DNA from: a virus
DNA length: 64,000 bases
Reading direction: 5' to 3' (one strand)
Virus record (IMG/VR): IMGVR_UViG_3300042673_002211
Span: 1 to 64,000 of that record
A model generated the notes under the pieces. The model searched no databases, was not told the origin of the DNA, and saw only the letters and a list, made by a program, of their open reading frames with translations. This document shows, in pieces, positions 38,335-48,904 of this stretch. A program made the position numbers and the translations under genes. How positions within the stretch are numbered: position 1 is the stretch's first letter; each line of letters starts with the position of its first letter.

Positions 38335-40172
38335 TGAGTTATAAATCTTGTTTTGTTCAACCCCTTAAGGATAAAAACTATAAAGTTCACTTATGGGATG
38401 ATGGTGGTTATCAAACATTTACGTGGCAATACTCTGCTTATCTAGAGTGCGATAGTCATGATGCTGATAAAAACATTAGAGGACTTAAACAAGAATCTCT
38501 TCGTAAAATAAACGGATGGGATAAAGACAATCCTAAATTACATTTTCACGATATGAGACCTTACCAAAGGTTTTTAATCGATATGTACGGGACAAATGAC
38601 GAGCCTTCCGTAACCCACCAAGAAGTATTCTTTGATATCGAATGTGAAATGGGAGGAGCGCTTACAGAAGACTATATTCGAAGTGCTCCAAAACCAATCA
38701 CCTCAATAGCTTGGTGGCACAAGCAAAAAGACGAATGGAAAATTCTTATTTTAGATAAAAAAGGTGAGCTACAACAAGATAAAGAGGGTAACAGAGAGAT
38801 TATTCCTGTTAAAACAGAAAAAGCCTTACTTGAGGCATTCATAACACACCTCCGCGAAATTAATCCGGATATACTAGTTGGTTACAATAGCGATTACTTT
38901 GATATTCCTTACCTATACTACCGTATTTGTAATGTATTTGATAAAGAAGTAGCAAACATGCTGTCTCCAATCGGAATTGTAATGGATGAATCCGAATGGA
39001 ATAGAGACGGTTGGCTTAAAATTGCGGGTATCGAGTCTTTAGACTACATGAAATTCCATAAAAAGTTTAGCTTTAAGGACGAACCATCATATAAGCTAGA
39101 TGCGTTAGGAAAAAAGTACGTAAACATGGAAAAAATTACGTACGAGGGTAGTTTGGATCGTTTATTCAAAGAAGATAAACAAAAGTTTATAGCCTATAAC
39201 TTTAGGGACGTAGAGATTTTAAAGGCATTGGACGAGAAATTCCAATACCTACCTTTGATAAAAAACCTAGCACATAAAGGTAAAATCAACTATTCAGACG
39301 TCTATAAAAATAGTATGATCCATGACGGAGCTATTTCAGCTTACTTATTATCTCAAGGTATTATACCTCCTCCAAGAGATAGAAACCCTATTATTAAAAA
39401 GAATTACGCAGGTGGTTACTTGTTTTGCCCTAAAGCAGGACTATATAAGTATATGTTTGACGAGGATTTAACCTCGCTATACCCTTCTATTATTAGGTCT
39501 TTAAATATTGGTAAGGAAACGTTAGTGGCTCGGATTTTAATTCCGGATGAGAAAGTAGTAGTAGAAAATAAAGAGATTTTTAATTGCAGGTACGGGTTAA
39601 ATGATCTAATGAAAATGGATCCTAATCTTGAGTTTACGGTTCAAAATGCTAAACGTAAAACCATGCAGATGAAAGTCTATGAGATTATAAATCTAATTAG
39701 GGAATCTGGATTAGCGGTCTCGGCAAACGGGGTTTTATATAGAACAGATTTTGATTCGGTACTTAAAACGATTTTGGCAAAATGGTTTGACGAGAGAGTC
39801 GTCTACAAAGATAAAATGAAGCAAGCCTACAAAGCGGGCAACAAAGCAGACGGTGAAAAATTTCACTTGATGCAACATACCATGAAAATCCTTTTGAACT
39901 CTCTATACGGGGCTACAGCTTTGGGTTCATTTAGATATGGTAACGTAATTTTGAGTGAAAGTATTACTTTATCTGGTCAACGGATTATCCAGGAATCAGC
40001 TTTGTTTGCTAACACTCATATGAATAAAGTAATGAAGGGAGAAATAGAATTTTCTCAATCCCCCCAACCCAAATATCAAGAATCTGGTTCAATTCCAAAT
40101 GAATTAAAAGAAACAATTTGGGATGAGAATAGTAAAAATTTTAGAAATTTAGCAACACACAATTTTGGATAA
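38334..40172 (+). CDS. family B DNA polymerase, N-terminal part (3'-5' exonuclease, motifs A and B)
   Basis: FDIECE, GYNSDYFDIPY, YNFRDV, DLTSLYPSII, KILLNSLYG; lacks motif C. Confidence 0.92.
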   Translation: MSYKSCFVQPLKDKNYKVHLWDDGGYQTFTWQYSAYLECDSHDADKNIRGLKQESLRKINGWDKDNPKLHFHDMRPYQRFLIDMYGTNDEPSVTHQEVFFDIECEMGGALTEDYIRSAPKPITSIAWWHKQKDEWKILILDKKGELQQDKEGNREIIPVKTEKALLEAFITHLREINPDILVGYNSDYFDIPYLYYRICNVFDKEVANMLSPIGIVMDESEWNRDGWLKIAGIESLDYMKFHKKFSFKDEPSYKLDALGKKYVNMEKITYEGSLDRLFKEDKQKFIAYNFRDVEILKALDEKFQYLPLIKNLAHKGKINYSDVYKNSMIHDGAISAYLLSQGIIPPPRDRNPIIKKNYAGGYLFCPKAGLYKYMFDEDLTSLYPSIIRSLNIGKETLVARILIPDEKVVVENKEIFNCRYGLNDLMKMDPNLEFTVQNAKRKTMQMKVYEIINLIRESGLAVSANGVLYRTDFDSVLKTILAKWFDERVVYKDKMKQAYKAGNKADGEKFHLMQHTMKILLNSLYGATALGSFRYGNVILSESITLSGQRIIQESALFANTHMNKVMKGEIEFSQSPQPKYQESGSIPNELKETIWDENSKNFRNLATHNFG

Positions 40173-40193
40173 TAAAAATAAAATAACACTATA

Positions 40194-40457
40194 ATGGAAA
40201 ATAAAATTTCAAAACAAACAATCAGATCAGGAGTATCTATTTTTTTATTAGATGAAAAACTTGATAAAGATACTATCATCAGTAAATCTGAAAAATGGTC
40301 AGATAAAGAGATATTATTCTTTAGGAAAATGCTTAGACAAGGGGGGCGCTTTAGTATTAAAGGAGAAAAATTCTATATTACTGTTCCCGAACAAATCTAT
40401 AACCAAAAAGGTGAGATTGAAGGAGTATTCCATAATGAAGAGGAAAGCAACTCTTGA
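40194..40457 (+). CDS. hypothetical protein between polymerase halves
   Basis: ORF track; A-rich leader. Confidence 0.65.
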   Translation: MENKISKQTIRSGVSIFLLDEKLDKDTIISKSEKWSDKEILFFRKMLRQGGRFSIKGEKFYITVPEQIYNQKGEIEGVFHNEEESNS

Positions 40458-40659
40458 TCTACACAGAGTTAAACACGCTGATGTTGAGGATAAGTTGATT
40501 GATTTTTTCTTTTGGCAAAAATTTGATTTTAAAGGGATAAATATTATAACCGGTAATTCTAAAAAAATGCAAGAAATAGTTATGGATTTCCTTGACAAAT
40601 ATGAATTTAAGTATTATATTTCGTCTCATAATTTAGGAGAAATAGTAGTAGTAGGATGA
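40435..40659 (+). CDS. stand-alone Smr-like domain protein
   Basis: TLDLHRVKH...INIITGNS...NLGEIVV matches the Smr LDLHG / IITGxG / NxG layout; ATG at 40435. Confidence 0.65.
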   Translation: MKRKATLDLHRVKHADVEDKLIDFFFWQKFDFKGINIITGNSKKMQEIVMDFLDKYEFKYYISSHNLGEIVVVG

Positions 40660-41585
40660 TTAATTTAGAAAGTACACCTTGGTTTATTTGCAAGGAAGGG
40701 GACACTAACTATTGTGCCTACGTTGATACAGACTCCAATTATTATAATGCCGAGCCTATACTTAGACATCTTTATCCTAATTTTGATGAAATGGGTGAAG
40801 AGGAAAGAGACAACAAGCTTGAAGAAATTGCCCTTAAATATCAAGACTTAATTACGGATTATTATTCCGAAATGTCTACAGACGTATTTAACGTTCCTGT
40901 TCATCATTTTGATATGAAGACCGAATGTATAATTCGTTCGGCTTACTTTAGAGCGACTCGAAGATATGCTCAATGGATTACTAAAAAAGAAGGTGAAGTT
41001 AAAAACGAGCTAGATATTAAAGGTCTGGAGTTTATGAAAGCTAACTTCCCACCAATTTTTGGGAAATTTTTTAATAAGATTTTAAAATCTGCTCTTACAG
41101 GTACCCAACAAGGTGAAATTGATAAATGGCTTTTAGATTTTAGAAAATATATAATGTCTAAAGAATGCGATATTGCAATTTTAGGTAACCCAACTTCGGT
41201 AAAAACCCTAAATGCTTATATTCAAAGTGCACCTAAACCTGGAGAAATGTTTTCTTTAATTAAATCAAAAGCACCAGCTCCAGTTAAAGCAGCTATTAAA
41301 TATAATGATTTATTGTCGTTTTGGGGTCTAGATAAACAACATTCTCGTATTGTACAGGGTGATAAGATTAAATGGATTTATTTAAGAGACAATCCATATA
41401 GAATTGAAGCACTTGCATTTTTAGATTTTGATATGCCAGAAAAGATTCGTATATTATTGGATGAATATGCAGATAAACACAAATCATTTGAATCGATTTT
41501 GGAAAGTAAGCTAGAAGGTTTTTACCATGACCTGGGTTGGTCATTAAATTTGAACCCATATAGAAATATGTTTTTTAGTTTTTAA
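40656..41585 (+). CDS. family B DNA polymerase, C-terminal part (motif C, thumb)
   Basis: YVDTDS, RRYA, LDIKGLE, GDKIKWIYL. Confidence 0.92.
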   Translation: MINLESTPWFICKEGDTNYCAYVDTDSNYYNAEPILRHLYPNFDEMGEEERDNKLEEIALKYQDLITDYYSEMSTDVFNVPVHHFDMKTECIIRSAYFRATRRYAQWITKKEGEVKNELDIKGLEFMKANFPPIFGKFFNKILKSALTGTQQGEIDKWLLDFRKYIMSKECDIAILGNPTSVKTLNAYIQSAPKPGEMFSLIKSKAPAPVKAAIKYNDLLSFWGLDKQHSRIVQGDKIKWIYLRDNPYRIEALAFLDFDMPEKIRILLDEYADKHKSFESILESKLEGFYHDLGWSLNLNPYRNMFFSF

Positions 41586-41588
41586 AAT

Positions 41589-42326
41589 ATGATAAATAAA
41601 GGAGAACTACAGTCAACTATCTCAAAATATAATTTGGGAGGAATGATTGATGCTGTAAAATGGACAGTTCAAAATAAACATCTTACAATTAAATTTAACG
41701 CACCCACTAAGGATATGATTGGGGAGATAACGCATACTTCTTTTGATATAGAGGATTGCGAAATTGCTATTTATAATACCTCTCAGTTAGATAAACTGTT
41801 AGCTATTACCTCGGGTGATGTTAACCTACAATTAGAAAAAATAGGTAAAATATTTGGTAGATTAGTAATCGAGGATACAAATTATAAACTTAATTACTCA
41901 CTATCTGATCTTTTATTAATCCAAAAACCAGGTACAGTAATGGACCCAGACAACTATATTGTTGAAAGTGTCCTCGAATCAGATGCTATTTCGGCTGTTA
42001 TTAGGGCTAAAAATGCTCTACAAAGCGATAACGTAAACTTTACTATCACCACAAATTTTGATGGTGAGCAGGTATTAACAATGATATTTGGTGATAACTC
42101 AACACACACACATAAGGTGGAGTATATCGTTCCTAATACGGTTATAACGGGCAACCAATATAATTTCAACACCCCATTCAATTCTGAAATGATCCGCGTT
42201 ATATTCGCAAATAACAAAGATGCGAATAAAGCCTATATGAGCTTAAATATAAATGGATTGCTTAGACTTATATTTGAGGGTGATAAATGGAAAAGTACTT
42301 ACTATATTATAGGAACCACTAATTAA
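41589..42326 (+). CDS. sliding clamp (gp45/PCNA-like)
   Basis: Size, position after PolB, IAIYNTSQL and C-terminal GLLRLIFEG...STYYI pattern. Confidence 0.7.
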   Translation: MINKGELQSTISKYNLGGMIDAVKWTVQNKHLTIKFNAPTKDMIGEITHTSFDIEDCEIAIYNTSQLDKLLAITSGDVNLQLEKIGKIFGRLVIEDTNYKLNYSLSDLLLIQKPGTVMDPDNYIVESVLESDAISAVIRAKNALQSDNVNFTITTNFDGEQVLTMIFGDNSTHTHKVEYIVPNTVITGNQYNFNTPFNSEMIRVIFANNKDANKAYMSLNINGLLRLIFEGDKWKSTYYIIGTTN

Positions 42327-42386
42327 TAATATTTATTATGGACATAAAATTGTAGCTAGGGCACAAAGTTATGTTAATGTTTAACC

Positions 42387-42403
42387 GCTGATCTTCGGAC
42401 AGC
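42387..42403 (+). promoter_or_regulatory. cUUCGg tetraloop hairpin in hsp20 5' UTR
   Basis: GCTG-A-TC-TTCG-GA-CAGC. Confidence 0.65.
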
Positions 42404-42419
42404 ACAAATTTAAAATGAT

Positions 42420-42851
42420 ATGAGTACATTATTTTTTGAGAGACATATCTCACCATTTGATCTCTTATTTAGAGATTTCTTTAAGTCTGAACTAGACTTT
42501 CAACCGGCTAATGAAGCCAAAATTTCCCACCCTGTAGATATTTACGAAAATAAGGACGGACTGCATTTCGAAATTGCATGTACGGGTCTTACTAAATCTG
42601 ATATTGAAATCAATATCGAAGGGGATATCCTTAAAATCAGTTATAATAAATCAAAGGACGAAACATGTTGTGAAGTAGATGATTGCAAATACATTCACAA
42701 AGGAATTGCAAAGCGTTCTTTTAATTTAGGTTATAAAGTCGCTTCCAAGTTTAATCTCCCAGAATCATCAGCTGAAATGAAAGATGGACTTCTTAAGATT
42801 TCAGTACCGTTTGCTGAAGAATCAAAACCAAAATCACTTAAAATAAAGTAA
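42420..42851 (+). CDS. small heat shock protein (Hsp20/IbpA-like)
   Basis: HPVDIYE, EIACTGL, YIHKGIAKRSF, AEMKDGLLKI. Confidence 0.93.
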   Translation: MSTLFFERHISPFDLLFRDFFKSELDFQPANEAKISHPVDIYENKDGLHFEIACTGLTKSDIEINIEGDILKISYNKSKDETCCEVDDCKYIHKGIAKRSFNLGYKVASKFNLPESSAEMKDGLLKISVPFAEESKPKSLKIK

Positions 42852-42921
42852 TAGTTTTCGATTAAAAACGTGCCCTAGCGCAATTTTGGTCGTATATTCA
42901 CGTTATAATTAAATAAATGTT

Positions 42922-43205
42922 ATGAGGACAAAAGAATCCAAACAGTACACTCGCTATATCAAAGACCCCCTAATTGAACCATACTATATTCAATTAGATG
43001 ACTATTGTTATGCGGTGCAAAAAGGTATTACCGCTGGAGAAAGCGGTAAAGAATACCAACAAACCCTTGGATATTATACTAGTCTAAGCAATGCGCTTGA
43101 AGCCATTGCTCGAGATGAAGCTATGAGTGTCAGCTATGACACGATCCAAGAATTTATCAACACCTATAATCAAATCATGAATCGTTTAAGTAAAATCATT
43201 AAAAT

Positions 43206-43209
<4 letters not shown>
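42922..43209 (+). CDS. hypothetical protein
   Basis: ORF track; promoter-like GTG-N20-TATATTCA at 42870-42900. Confidence 0.7.
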
Positions 43210-45173
<1,964 letters not shown>

Positions 45174-45174
<1 letters not shown>

Positions 45175-45434
45175 TGGAATCCCAACAAGTAGAAAGAAAT
45201 ATTCAAATCGCTGAGAGAGTTCCACCTGGTGACAGGTGGAAACTCCTTAACGGTGAGAAAATTTATGATTCATTAACTGAGGTGTTAAATGCTTGGTACC
45301 AACAAGCAACCTCTAAACCTCAAGCATTTAGGCTTGAGCCTATTAATGGGAAGTTGTATATTATTACAACCGAAGAAATAGAAATTCCAAAACCTGAACC
45401 CAAGAAGTACGACCTATATGGTGATTTCGAATAA
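45174..45434 (+). CDS. hypothetical protein
   Basis: ORF track; TAATG-coupled to groEL. Confidence 0.65.
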
Positions 45435-46335
45435 AGAACATACTCTATTAGTTGAAAAATATAGATCTACTAAACTAGAGGATTATGTAGGTAACGAAAA
45501 TATTAAGGCAACTATATCGAAATATTTATCACAGAACGATATACAAAACCTAATATTCTATGGCCCACCTGGAACTGGTAAAACTACTCTTGCTAAGCTC
45601 ATTGTTAATAACCTTAACTGTGACCATCTTTATATCAACGCCTCAGACGAAAGGGGAATTGAAACAATTAGGGACAAAGTGTCGGGATTTGCTTCATCGG
45701 CTTCGTTCAAACCTCTCAAGGTAATTATTTTAGATGAGGCTGATTTTTTAACTATTCAGGCTCAGGCATCACTTCGAAATGTAATCGAAACATTCTCTCG
45801 TAGTACTCGTTTTATTTTAACTTGTAACTATATTGAGCGTATAATTGACCCTTTACAGTCAAGATGTCAGGTACTCAAAATTGTACCTCCTTCTATGAGA
45901 GAGGTAGCATCTCATATAGCAGGTATTTTAGATAATGAAAATATTGAATGGACTAAGGAAACACTAGGACCTATTGTTAAGCAATATTACCCTGATATCC
46001 GTAAAATCTTAGGTACAGCTCAGTTATCTACCATTGATAATAAACTAGTTTTAGACAAGTCAATACTAGTATCAAATAACTATATTGAGCAAGTAATAAA
46101 CGAGCTTAAAACCGGAAAAAACTGGAAAACTATCCGTCAGATAATAGCTGACTCCAATATCAATGATTATGATGAATTATTTAAAGCGCTTTACGATAAT
46201 GTTTCTACTTATGCTCCTCAGTCCGAAGGAATGGTTACGATATACATTAATGAACATTCGTACCAAGCTAATTTTAGGATCGATAAAGAAATAAACATGA
46301 TGGCTTGTATAGCCCAAATTATACAAGTGCTATGA
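45418..46335 (+). CDS. clamp loader ATPase subunit (gp44/RFC-like)
   Basis: VEKYR, GPPGTGKTT, INASDERGI, ILDEAD, LQSRC. Confidence 0.93.
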   Translation: MVISNKEHTLLVEKYRSTKLEDYVGNENIKATISKYLSQNDIQNLIFYGPPGTGKTTLAKLIVNNLNCDHLYINASDERGIETIRDKVSGFASSASFKPLKVIILDEADFLTIQAQASLRNVIETFSRSTRFILTCNYIERIIDPLQSRCQVLKIVPPSMREVASHIAGILDNENIEWTKETLGPIVKQYYPDIRKILGTAQLSTIDNKLVLDKSILVSNNYIEQVINELKTGKNWKTIRQIIADSNINDYDELFKALYDNVSTYAPQSEGMVTIYINEHSYQANFRIDKEINMMACIAQIIQVL

Positions 46336-46517
46336 ACTACCAGGTTATAACTACTAATGATAAATTATTTAAAGTAGTTAGAATTTTAAGAGAAGATAAA
46401 GAATGGGATTTAGATATCCTAAGACAACTTTGGCATTGTAGTCATACCTTTAAAAAAGAAGGAATTATATATTTTGTAAGAGAAATAGAAGACGTAGAGT
46501 ATGAAACACTTCCTTAA
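46332..46517 (+). CDS. hypothetical protein
   Basis: ATGA-coupled start at 46332. Confidence 0.6.
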   Translation: MNYQVITTNDKLFKVVRILREDKEWDLDILRQLWHCSHTFKKEGIIYFVREIEDVEYETLP

Positions 46518-46707
46518 GTATACTGTAATTTGGATTAGCCAAAACCTTTCCATACCTTTCTGGATGGTTGGACACGTACACTTAAGTGTAAATATCTACC
46601 AAGACCTACACGAAATAATCGCTAGTGTAGGTATGAATTTAATAGTAGCGATTGGTTTTATAATAGATTATCTAGAACAAAGAAAAAATGGATCAACAAA
46701 CCCCTAA
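46501..46707 (+). CDS. small membrane protein
   Basis: Two hydrophobic segments. Confidence 0.6.
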   Translation: MKHFLKYTVIWISQNLSIPFWMVGHVHLSVNIYQDLHEIIASVGMNLIVAIGFIIDYLEQRKNGSTNP

Positions 46708-46927
46708 ACTAAACATCGACCTTAAAAACACAGAAAAAGTAGAAACACCAGACGGTAACTACGTAGTGGCTGAAGGTATTATCCTTCGTAAAGCATCTCG
46801 CTTTGCTGTGGGTACCGATAAGGATGCTCTCATCCCTATTCCAATATTTTATGATGTTAAAACCGGCGCAATTTTAAAAGAAACTCTACCAGGTGACATC
46901 AAAGACGACTACCCGGACGCTATTTGA
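46688..46927 (+). CDS. hypothetical protein
   Basis: ORF track. Confidence 0.7.
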   Translation: MDQQTPKLNIDLKNTEKVETPDGNYVVAEGIILRKASRFAVGTDKDALIPIPIFYDVKTGAILKETLPGDIKDDYPDAI

Positions 46928-47330
46928 TTGGCTGGAGGAAATAACAGTTAAAAAAACTCTTCCGAACGATTTCAGCGAAGAGTCATGGGACTCATTCAAC
47001 TCTTATATGGTTCATAGATATTTATCGATGGATATAAATTACATAGAAATTGTAAATTATGTTCAAAAGATAAATCCACAGAATAAAAAACAAATTTATA
47101 CCATTTACAGAGAAATGATCCCAAAGAAAAAAGTTTGGTTAAAATATATCAAACCTAGTAAGAAACAAAGACCACCAAGTATAGCAGAATACATAGCAAA
47201 ATATTATGAATGTAGTTTAGGCGAAGCCGATCACTACATTGATATAATTCGAGAACCGGGTGTTCGACATATTTTATGGCAAATGGGAATTGATCAAAAA
47301 GAACAAGATAAATTAGTAAAAACTCTCTAA
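46893..47330 (+). CDS. clamp loader small subunit (gp62-like)
   Basis: LFDWLEEI, FNSYMVHRYLSM, IAKYYECSLGEADHY; near gp44-like gene. Confidence 0.75.
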   Translation: MTSKTTTRTLFDWLEEITVKKTLPNDFSEESWDSFNSYMVHRYLSMDINYIEIVNYVQKINPQNKKQIYTIYREMIPKKKVWLKYIKPSKKQRPPSIAEYIAKYYECSLGEADHYIDIIREPGVRHILWQMGIDQKEQDKLVKTL

Positions 47331-47693
47331 ATGGAAGAACAAGTAGGTTACGGAAACAACAAAGCAGTTACAGATTTCGAAAAAACATACCCTGAATTAG
47401 CATATGAATTTCAACAGATTCAAAAAGAACAATATGAATTGTTTGCTAGTAAAATGATGGACTATGGTCTTTCAAATATTTCTTTAGGTTCTACCTTAGA
47501 AAAAGAAGAAGACATTAGTCTATCTATTACAGGTATTTGGCTACGATGTAATGATAAGATTAATCGTTTAAAAAATATGCTTCAACGTAATGGAAAAAAT
47601 TACGTTAAAGGAGAAGCAATGATTGATAGTTTTATAGACATTTCTAATTACGGGATTATAGCCCAGTTAGTTATGAAAGGTAAGTGGAAATAA
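47331..47693 (+). CDS. DUF1599 / nucleotide-modification-associated domain protein
   Basis: KMMDYG, LRCNDKINRL, DSFIDISNYGII. Confidence 0.75.
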   Translation: MEEQVGYGNNKAVTDFEKTYPELAYEFQQIQKEQYELFASKMMDYGLSNISLGSTLEKEEDISLSITGIWLRCNDKINRLKNMLQRNGKNYVKGEAMIDSFIDISNYGIIAQLVMKGKWK

Positions 47694-48269
47694 ATGGAAC
47701 CCTGGAATAGAACAATTGTAGAAGAAAAATACCATTATCTTCGGAATACCCCTTCAGATATAAATGAACATTTTCCTATTATAAAATGTTACACTGAAGA
47801 ATGTGAATCAGTTTTAGAATTAGGAGTTAGATGGATAGTTGCTTCTTGGGCTTTTTTAGCTGGTAAACCTAAAGTTTATACAGGTTTTGATGTTGAACAT
47901 CCATCTAAGTTTGGAGCTAGTTTAGATGAATTAAAAAAAGGAGCTGAACAACAAGGAACCCAATTTGATTTTATCTTAGGGGATGACTTAAACCCTGAAA
48001 TATACAATCAATTACCCAATTTCGATCTTATTTTTATTGATACAGATCATACCTACCAGCAAGTAAAAAATGAGTTAGAAGTATATCATTCAAAAGCAAA
48101 TAAATACCTTATGCTTCATGATACTGTTTCCTTTAGAAATGGTGGGTTTGGAGGAGATGAAAAAGGTATTTGGGCTGCTATTATGGAATTTTTATTTTAC
48201 CACGAAGAATGGGAGTTGTGGGAATCATTTGCTAATAATAATGGTTTAACTATTTTAAAAAGAAAATGA
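47694..48269 (+). CDS. class I SAM-dependent methyltransferase (Methyltransf_24-like)
   Basis: VLELGVR, DLIFIDTDHTY, LHDT. Confidence 0.8.
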   Translation: MEPWNRTIVEEKYHYLRNTPSDINEHFPIIKCYTEECESVLELGVRWIVASWAFLAGKPKVYTGFDVEHPSKFGASLDELKKGAEQQGTQFDFILGDDLNPEIYNQLPNFDLIFIDTDHTYQQVKNELEVYHSKANKYLMLHDTVSFRNGGFGGDEKGIWAAIMEFLFYHEEWELWESFANNNGLTILKRK

Positions 48270-48901
48270 TTAGTTTTATAATCCCTACTATCTATAAATC
48301 TCCTAGATTAATTCAACTACTTTATGATTTAAATAGTTGTAATTATGTAAATGAAGTATTAGTTATAGAAGATGCTCCTAGCAATGGGATGTTAAATAAT
48401 TTTGTTTTAGAAAAAGTTAAAATTATTCCTTTTACTGAAAAAAGACATTGTAATGGATCTTGGAATTATGGGATAACTCAAATTAAAAATTATTATTATG
48501 CCTTATGTAATGATGATATAAATTTTAACTCTAAAATTATCATTGATGTTATAAATTTCTATAAACAACATCCCCAAACTGGTTTTATAGGAATGCACCC
48601 CAGTCAATTTGAAACACAAATTGAACCCTTTATTTATGGTTTTGAAAGAAAACTAGGTATAGAAACAGTTAATGGTTGGGGGTGTTTAATTTTTAATCAT
48701 AAGTTAAATGATGTTATAATACCTAATGATTTAAAACATTGGTGTGGTGACACTTATTATTTAAACTATAGTAAATTTCCTAATTATAGCTATTTAGGAG
48801 AAAAAATTTATACAGAAATGTCAACTTCTTTATCTTCTGAAGTACTTAAAATTGGAGAACAAGACCAAAAAACTTATATTGAAAAATACTTAAATAAATA
48901 A
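48266..48901 (+). CDS. GT2 family glycosyltransferase
   Basis: ISFIIPT, SWNYG, LCNDDI, WCGD. Confidence 0.75.
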   Translation: MISFIIPTIYKSPRLIQLLYDLNSCNYVNEVLVIEDAPSNGMLNNFVLEKVKIIPFTEKRHCNGSWNYGITQIKNYYYALCNDDINFNSKIIIDVINFYKQHPQTGFIGMHPSQFETQIEPFIYGFERKLGIETVNGWGCLIFNHKLNDVIIPNDLKHWCGDTYYLNYSKFPNYSYLGEKIYTEMSTSLSSEVLKIGEQDQKTYIEKYLNK

Positions 48902-48904
48902 GTT

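Larger units (their letters stand above)
42341..42891 (+). repeat. imperfect inverted repeat (42341-42364 / 42870-42891) enclosing hsp20
   Basis: GACATAAAATTGTAGCTAGGGCAC pairs with GTGCCCTAGCGCAATTTTGGTC: 22 pairs including two G-U, with two bulged A. Confidence 0.88.

Noticed and set aside
40140-40172. THNF at the end of PolB-N resembling an intein motif
   Set aside because: Wrong position for a split intein: no Cys/Ser-initiated N-intein, and the C-half lacks an HN-C/S/T junction.
40048-40655. Group I/II intron in polB
   Set aside because: The gap is AT-rich, filled by ORFs, and shows no recognisable P/Q/R/S core, domain V or homing endonuclease motif; only RT-PCR would exclude it fully.
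40167-40659. T4 gene 60-style ribosomal hop joining the PolB halves (N-half ends GGA-TAA)
   Set aside because: The GGA just before the C-half (40654) is followed by TGA, and no in-frame GGA landing codon exists between the stop at 40629 and motif C; no take-off hairpin seen.
7573-42891. Inverted repeats as transposon or MITE ends or invertase sites
   Set aside because: No transposase or recombinase in the window, no target-site duplications, the two pairs share no sequence, and mismatches are G-U or bulges compatible with RNA pairing.
46893-46927. Frameshift fusion of the 79-aa ORF with the gp62-like gene
   Set aside because: 35-nt overlap but no slippery run; a GTG start at 46893 explains it.
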